This document shows, in pieces, positions 60,185 through 64,000 of a stretch of 64,000 nt of DNA. Made by a program: the position numbers and the translations under genes. This DNA comes from an uncultured virus (IMG/VR IMGVR_UViG_2049941000_000011) (taxonomy: Duplodnaviria > Heunggongvirae > Uroviricota > Caudoviricetes). Below the pieces are notes generated by a model. That model was not told the origin of the DNA and made no database searches. It was given only the letters and a program-made list of their open reading frames with translations. The stretch lies in the IMG/VR virus record IMGVR_UViG_2049941000_000011; one strand, written 5' to 3'. Each line of letters begins with the position of its first letter. Position 1 is the first letter of the stretch.

Positions 60185-60820
60185 ATGAAAAAAAACAGAA
60201 AGAGTGGTATCAAAATAATGGCAGAATCACTTTCACAATCATTAAGAAACCATGTAAATGCAATGATGGCGAGGGTCATGTATCGCCGCGATGACGAAGA
60301 GTTATTAGAAAGCTGGGTCATGTATGAGATGACGTCGGATGCAATGCTTGATTCCTATGCAGGATGTAACGGATTAATCGAATGGACACAAGAAGCTTTG
60401 AAAACATATGACCATGAAAATTGGATATCGAAAGCTTGTCTTAAAAATTTAATCAGAATCCTAAAGACCCATCAAACAAGTCTCACGAAGACAGATGAAG
60501 ATTGGAAGCTTCTTAAGGAGGACTTCCATAAAGAGGCTCAGCGAAGAGCTGATAAATTTTATCCTGACGCCGCATATGAAAGTATCCTGGAAAGATTGAA
60601 TAAATATGGCAGCACCGTCATGGGTTATCATATGTATGAATCCCTTGGAGAACAAAAAGTAAAAGAAGACCTCGCCGAAAGAGGAATCAAAAACGCCAAG
60701 ATTGAAGTAACCAATTATAATGTAACAAAGGATTGCTTCGAAGACAAAGCGGTGGTGAATGGTCACTCCATGTGGGTGCTCACACCAATATTACCAATTG
60801 TAAAAATCAGCACCTGCTGA
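60185..60820 (+). CDS. hypothetical protein
   Basis: RBS-supported start MKKNRK. Confidence 0.65.
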   Translation: MKKNRKSGIKIMAESLSQSLRNHVNAMMARVMYRRDDEELLESWVMYEMTSDAMLDSYAGCNGLIEWTQEALKTYDHENWISKACLKNLIRILKTHQTSLTKTDEDWKLLKEDFHKEAQRRADKFYPDAAYESILERLNKYGSTVMGYHMYESLGEQKVKEDLAERGIKNAKIEVTNYNVTKDCFEDKAVVNGHSMWVLTPILPIVKISTC

Positions 60821-60833
60821 TGGAGGTGAAAAT

Positions 60834-61160
60834 ATGGGATTTAAGATTCCAAAGTTGAATGGGATGTTAGTCTACGTAAGATGGGTTAAAGACGAAAAAG
60901 CATCCGCAGCAGAATATGCATTCAAGATTAACAAAGATGGAGACATGCCGACAGTCGGAAACCTATATGCAGTTCGTGGCGAAAACAGCGGCACGGTCGT
61001 CGTAACAAGATTGGGAGCCGGACGCCGCGATGAGGATTCGGGGCGCTTACAGGTAACAAGAGAAGATGGAACAAAATTCAATATAACAAAACAAATGATG
61101 TTCAATCAAAAAGAATCAACAGCAACTGCAACAAAATATACTGGAAGATTCACATTATAA
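60834..61160 (+). CDS. hypothetical protein, MGFKIP start
   Basis: RBS ggaggtg. Confidence 0.7.
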   Translation: MGFKIPKLNGMLVYVRWVKDEKASAAEYAFKINKDGDMPTVGNLYAVRGENSGTVVVTRLGAGRRDEDSGRLQVTREDGTKFNITKQMMFNQKESTATATKYTGRFTL

Positions 61161-61185
61161 TAAAGAAAGAAAGGAGCGTGGTCAT

Positions 61186-62616
61186 ATGGCGGTTACCAAG
61201 AAAAAAGATCTTGGCCATAAGATTGTTGACCAATTCTCATCGATGGGAATACAGGTGAAACTAGCTAAGACAGTAGAATCGCCAAGATTCACAACTTACT
61301 ATTACAATATGCAGGATCCGCTGCAGATCCTCAAATTAAAGGATAAGCACGTAGATGTAATCCGTGACTTCAACAAAGTTAACGTCGTATACGGCCATCC
61401 TGAGGGCTATAGCTTTTCCCTGATGATTCAAAAGAAGAAAGTATCAACACTCAAAGTTTCTAAGCTTAAACAGCCTAAAACGCAATCGCCACACATCAAG
61501 GTGAATATCGGTCTAGATCTCTTAAATAAAGATGTAATCCTGGATTTCGATAAAACGAATCACCTGTTGGTAGCTGGAACTACAGGTAGCGGGAAGAGCG
61601 CCTTCATCAATACGATTCTATACACGTTAATTAAGGCTGTAGACCAGGAAGATTATGAACTTAAGCTTATAGATCCGAAGAGAGTTTCCTTCAACGCATT
61701 CAAGTCCCTGAAAAACGTGGAATTGATCACTGAGACGGAGCAAGCATCAGATCTATTCACGCAGCTAATCAAGCTAATGGAGTTCCGTTACGAATATATG
61801 GAAAGCCATGGTGAGACAGATAAGAACATCTTCAAGCCAACATTTGTCGTAGTAGATGAGCTAGCGGAGTTGATGTTGGTAGACAGAGCTAATTGTGAAG
61901 ATAAGCTTATCAGGCTCCTACAGAAGGGACGCCAGGCGAACATCCACATCATCCTGGCAACACAGCGCCCAACAACGGATGTAATCAGCGGCTTGATCAA
62001 AGCCCAGTGCGATACCAGGGTATGCCTAAAGATGGCCAGTGCTAAAGATAGCATTACGGTTATCGATAAAGGTATTGGGCAAACGCTCTTGGGTCGTGGA
62101 GATGGATTCATAAAGTATCCTGATAAACCAGATGAAATCAGGTTCCAAACCGCTTTGGTTACAGATGCTGCGATATCCAAGCAAGTATTGTCCATGAAGC
62201 AGAAGAGTCGATTCGTAGAAGACGCCCTGGAAGAAACAACATGTTCCCGTGCCGCGGGGGCTGCAGCAATGATAGCGATCAGCAACATCCGCGTGAAAGC
62301 CGCAGTGGACAAATGCATCCGCAATATATCTTCTTGGGGATTCAAGCTTCCAAAGAACTTATCCTGGGCAGAACAACAATCAAGTTCCTGGCTGGGATTG
62401 ACAAAATTCCAGGATCCATGTATAATATTAAATACTAAGCTTAATGAGCAAACGGATCCAATGATTGACATCGTCATCTACCATGAACTGGGACACATCA
62501 TTGCGGGGCCCGCAGCTGGTCACAAAGGTAGATGGAGAGAAGTAATGAACGTGATTCATGAACACACAGGGTATGTATTCCATGAATATGTATATGCCCG
62601 CATCACCGAATCATGA
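61186..62616 (+). CDS. FtsK/SpoIIIE ATPase fused to C-terminal SprT-like Zn metalloprotease domain
   Basis: HLLVAGTTGSGKS, IDPK, VVVDELAELM, LATQRP, LLGRGDG; C-terminal YHELGH..GH..W. Confidence 0.85.
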   Translation: MAVTKKKDLGHKIVDQFSSMGIQVKLAKTVESPRFTTYYYNMQDPLQILKLKDKHVDVIRDFNKVNVVYGHPEGYSFSLMIQKKKVSTLKVSKLKQPKTQSPHIKVNIGLDLLNKDVILDFDKTNHLLVAGTTGSGKSAFINTILYTLIKAVDQEDYELKLIDPKRVSFNAFKSLKNVELITETEQASDLFTQLIKLMEFRYEYMESHGETDKNIFKPTFVVVDELAELMLVDRANCEDKLIRLLQKGRQANIHIILATQRPTTDVISGLIKAQCDTRVCLKMASAKDSITVIDKGIGQTLLGRGDGFIKYPDKPDEIRFQTALVTDAAISKQVLSMKQKSRFVEDALEETTCSRAAGAAAMIAISNIRVKAAVDKCIRNISSWGFKLPKNLSWAEQQSSSWLGLTKFQDPCIILNTKLNEQTDPMIDIVIYHELGHIIAGPAAGHKGRWREVMNVIHEHTGYVFHEYVYARITES

Positions 62617-62629
62617 GAAAGGAGAGCCT

Positions 62630-62800
62630 ATGTTAGTAGCATTACTAATGGCGTTAGGATTTATATTCTTGATATTCTTAGCAGGAGCACTTAAGTCCTA
62701 CTCAGAGTTCAAAAAGATCTATGGGCCACGTCCCCCAACCGACGAAGAAGACGAACGTGCAGCTGAAGCGAAGGCTAAGCGCTCATCGGAAAACAAATAA
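62630..62800 (+). CDS. small single-TM membrane protein
   Basis: RBS gaaaggag; MLVALLMALGFIFLIFLAG. Confidence 0.6.
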   Translation: MLVALLMALGFIFLIFLAGALKSYSEFKKIYGPRPPTDEEDERAAEAKAKRSSENK

Positions 62801-62844
62801 CCAACAACCTATTGGTAGTATAGAATTTCTAAGGAAAGGAGGTA

Positions 62845-63030
62845 TTGATTACTAGGATGCTGTTGTTGCTCATCTTAACAATTATAGCAATCATATTTGG
62901 GTACATTATCTATAGCTTCATCGAAGTCAAGAAGACAGAGATGTCAAAAGATGCAAAAATCTTAGCAATCGGACTAATGTCACTACCAATAATTGCTGCG
63001 ATTGTAAGTCTCATAGCCAGCTGCTTCTAA
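62845..63030 (+). CDS. small two-TM membrane protein
   Basis: RBS aaggaggt; hydrophobic. Confidence 0.6.
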   Translation: MITRMLLLLILTIIAIIFGYIIYSFIEVKKTEMSKDAKILAIGLMSLPIIAAIVSLIASCF

Positions 63031-63062
63031 CAGGAGTAGCCCCGGCTGGGACCGAAGGACAC

Positions 63063-63093
63063 AAAGGGGAAGGCTAAAAACCTTCCTCTTTTC
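63063..63093 (+). terminator. intrinsic terminator ending plus-strand operon
   Basis: aaaggggaagg/ccttcctcttt stem. Confidence 0.6.
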
Positions 63094-63554
63094 AGCACCT
63101 GACAAAAAAACAGGATTAATTATCTATACTTTTTTATATATATTTTTTACTTAATAAAGAGTTAATTGCATATTTTTCCAGGAATTTTCCGAGAATTTAT
63201 ACTTTTTCCTACTTTTTACTGAGTTTTTCTATATTTTTATTTTTAGCCATTTTAAGCCACGAAAAAATATATAGGCATTGATCTTTTCACGCCCATATAT
63301 ATAAACGCCGCTACGGGCCTAAAAATAAATAAAAACAGGCATCTACGCGCATTTTACTACTATACGCGCGCAAATAACCCGCTCTAATTTACCAACCGTC
63401 CTAGGGTAAGTCCACGACGTTAAACTGGATAGCGGCCAGCCCCCACTATGCCATCATTTTTTTTATTTTTTTTATTACCCCGCGCGGCGGCCCGCCGGCC
63501 AACTCCGTTTTTGAAAACTCGTATCTAGCTCCGGCCGTATCTAGCTCGCCCCCC

Positions 63555-64000
63555 CTAGAGCTTCAGCGTGGCCTTTGGTGGTTGCCTGTATATGAATCCC
63601 AGTTCGTCCCTGACGCACTCTTCTATCCACTTTTCGACATCTACGTGTCCACGTCTGGTAATTATAGGGTGACTGTGGTCTTTGCCCTCGTGACTAAGCG
63701 AAGCCGATAATGATATCTCGTAATCGCCCGTGATATGTTGATAGATTTCTTCAGGATCAGGATATAAAACTAATTGATAGTCTGGTAAAGGATTAATTGT
63801 TCCGTCTCTCGCAACATCGTGTGTCACCTTATATATAACAAATTGTTGTTGTTCATCATTTTCATCAAGAAACAGAACAGAAGCGCCCGGATGACCAAAA
63901 TTCTCTCTGATCGCATTCATCACGCTATGCGCCCATTCTTTATCTAATGTAATAATATCACCAACCTGATATCGTCCTTTTAACATTTTAATTTTAAACA
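63555..64000 (-). CDS. hypothetical protein; frame extends to window edge as (M)FKIKMLKGRYQ
   Basis: reverse complement of the window end reads tg ttt aaa att aaa atg tta..., in frame with the 143 aa ORF. Confidence 0.65.
   Translation of the reverse strand, partial: FKIKMLKGRYQVGDIITLDKEWAHSVMNAIRENFGHPGASVLFLDENDEQQQFVIYKVTHDVARDGTINPLPDYQLVLYPDPEEIYQHITGDYEISLSASLSHEGKDHSHPIITRRGHVDVEKWIEECVRDELGFIYRQPPKATLKL

Noticed and set aside
63392..63455. Pistol-ribozyme-like segment (cgtc-loop-gacg-ttaaa)
   Set aside because: The pseudoknot is weak and the downstream P2/P3 and GU cleavage elements are missing.
1..64000. Alternative genetic code, tRNA genes, integrase or IS elements; antisense ORFs in the track (e.g. 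49162-49812, 61788-62477, 42019-42552)
   Set aside because: Genes read through cleanly in code 11 with all three stops used. No tRNA, integrase or transposase motif was recognised by eye. The antisense ORFs are shadows of well-supported genes.

Overview
Fragment of a large, AT-rich tailed phage of a Bacillota-type host (code 11, strong AGGAGG RBSs, sigmaA-type promoters), organised like Bacillus phage SPbeta. 1-19.2 kb (minus strand): late/structural module with holins, tail tube, head-tail genes, major capsid, scaffold/protease, ferritin-like protein, portal, terminase and metallophosphoesterase. 20.0-23.1 kb: YonO-like single-subunit RNA polymerase (DYDGD motif), split only by an N gap. About 24.7-27.8 kb: a non-coding, hairpin-rich zone with a C-to-G skew flip, a type III hammerhead ribozyme with a variant core, a roughly 600-700 nt highly structured ORF-free RNA candidate and a four-way-junction leader. 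25-63 kb (plus strand): about 85 mostly small accessory genes, including peptide deformylase, radical SAM, nucleoside deoxyribosyltransferase, sigma70 factor, a MoxR-AAA/VWA pair, GP88-like, two DprA-like genes and an FtsK-SprT fusion. Two shared N-terminal peptide signatures stand out. Four proteins start M(I/L)QIRxx(V/C)FETNSSSxH(S/C), one of them directly beside the radical SAM gene. About 14 mostly unrelated small proteins start M(x)F(K/R)(I/V/L)(K/I/P), a possible targeting tag. Short N gaps cause several apparent frameshifts. All functional calls come from motifs and synteny by eye; no database searches were run.
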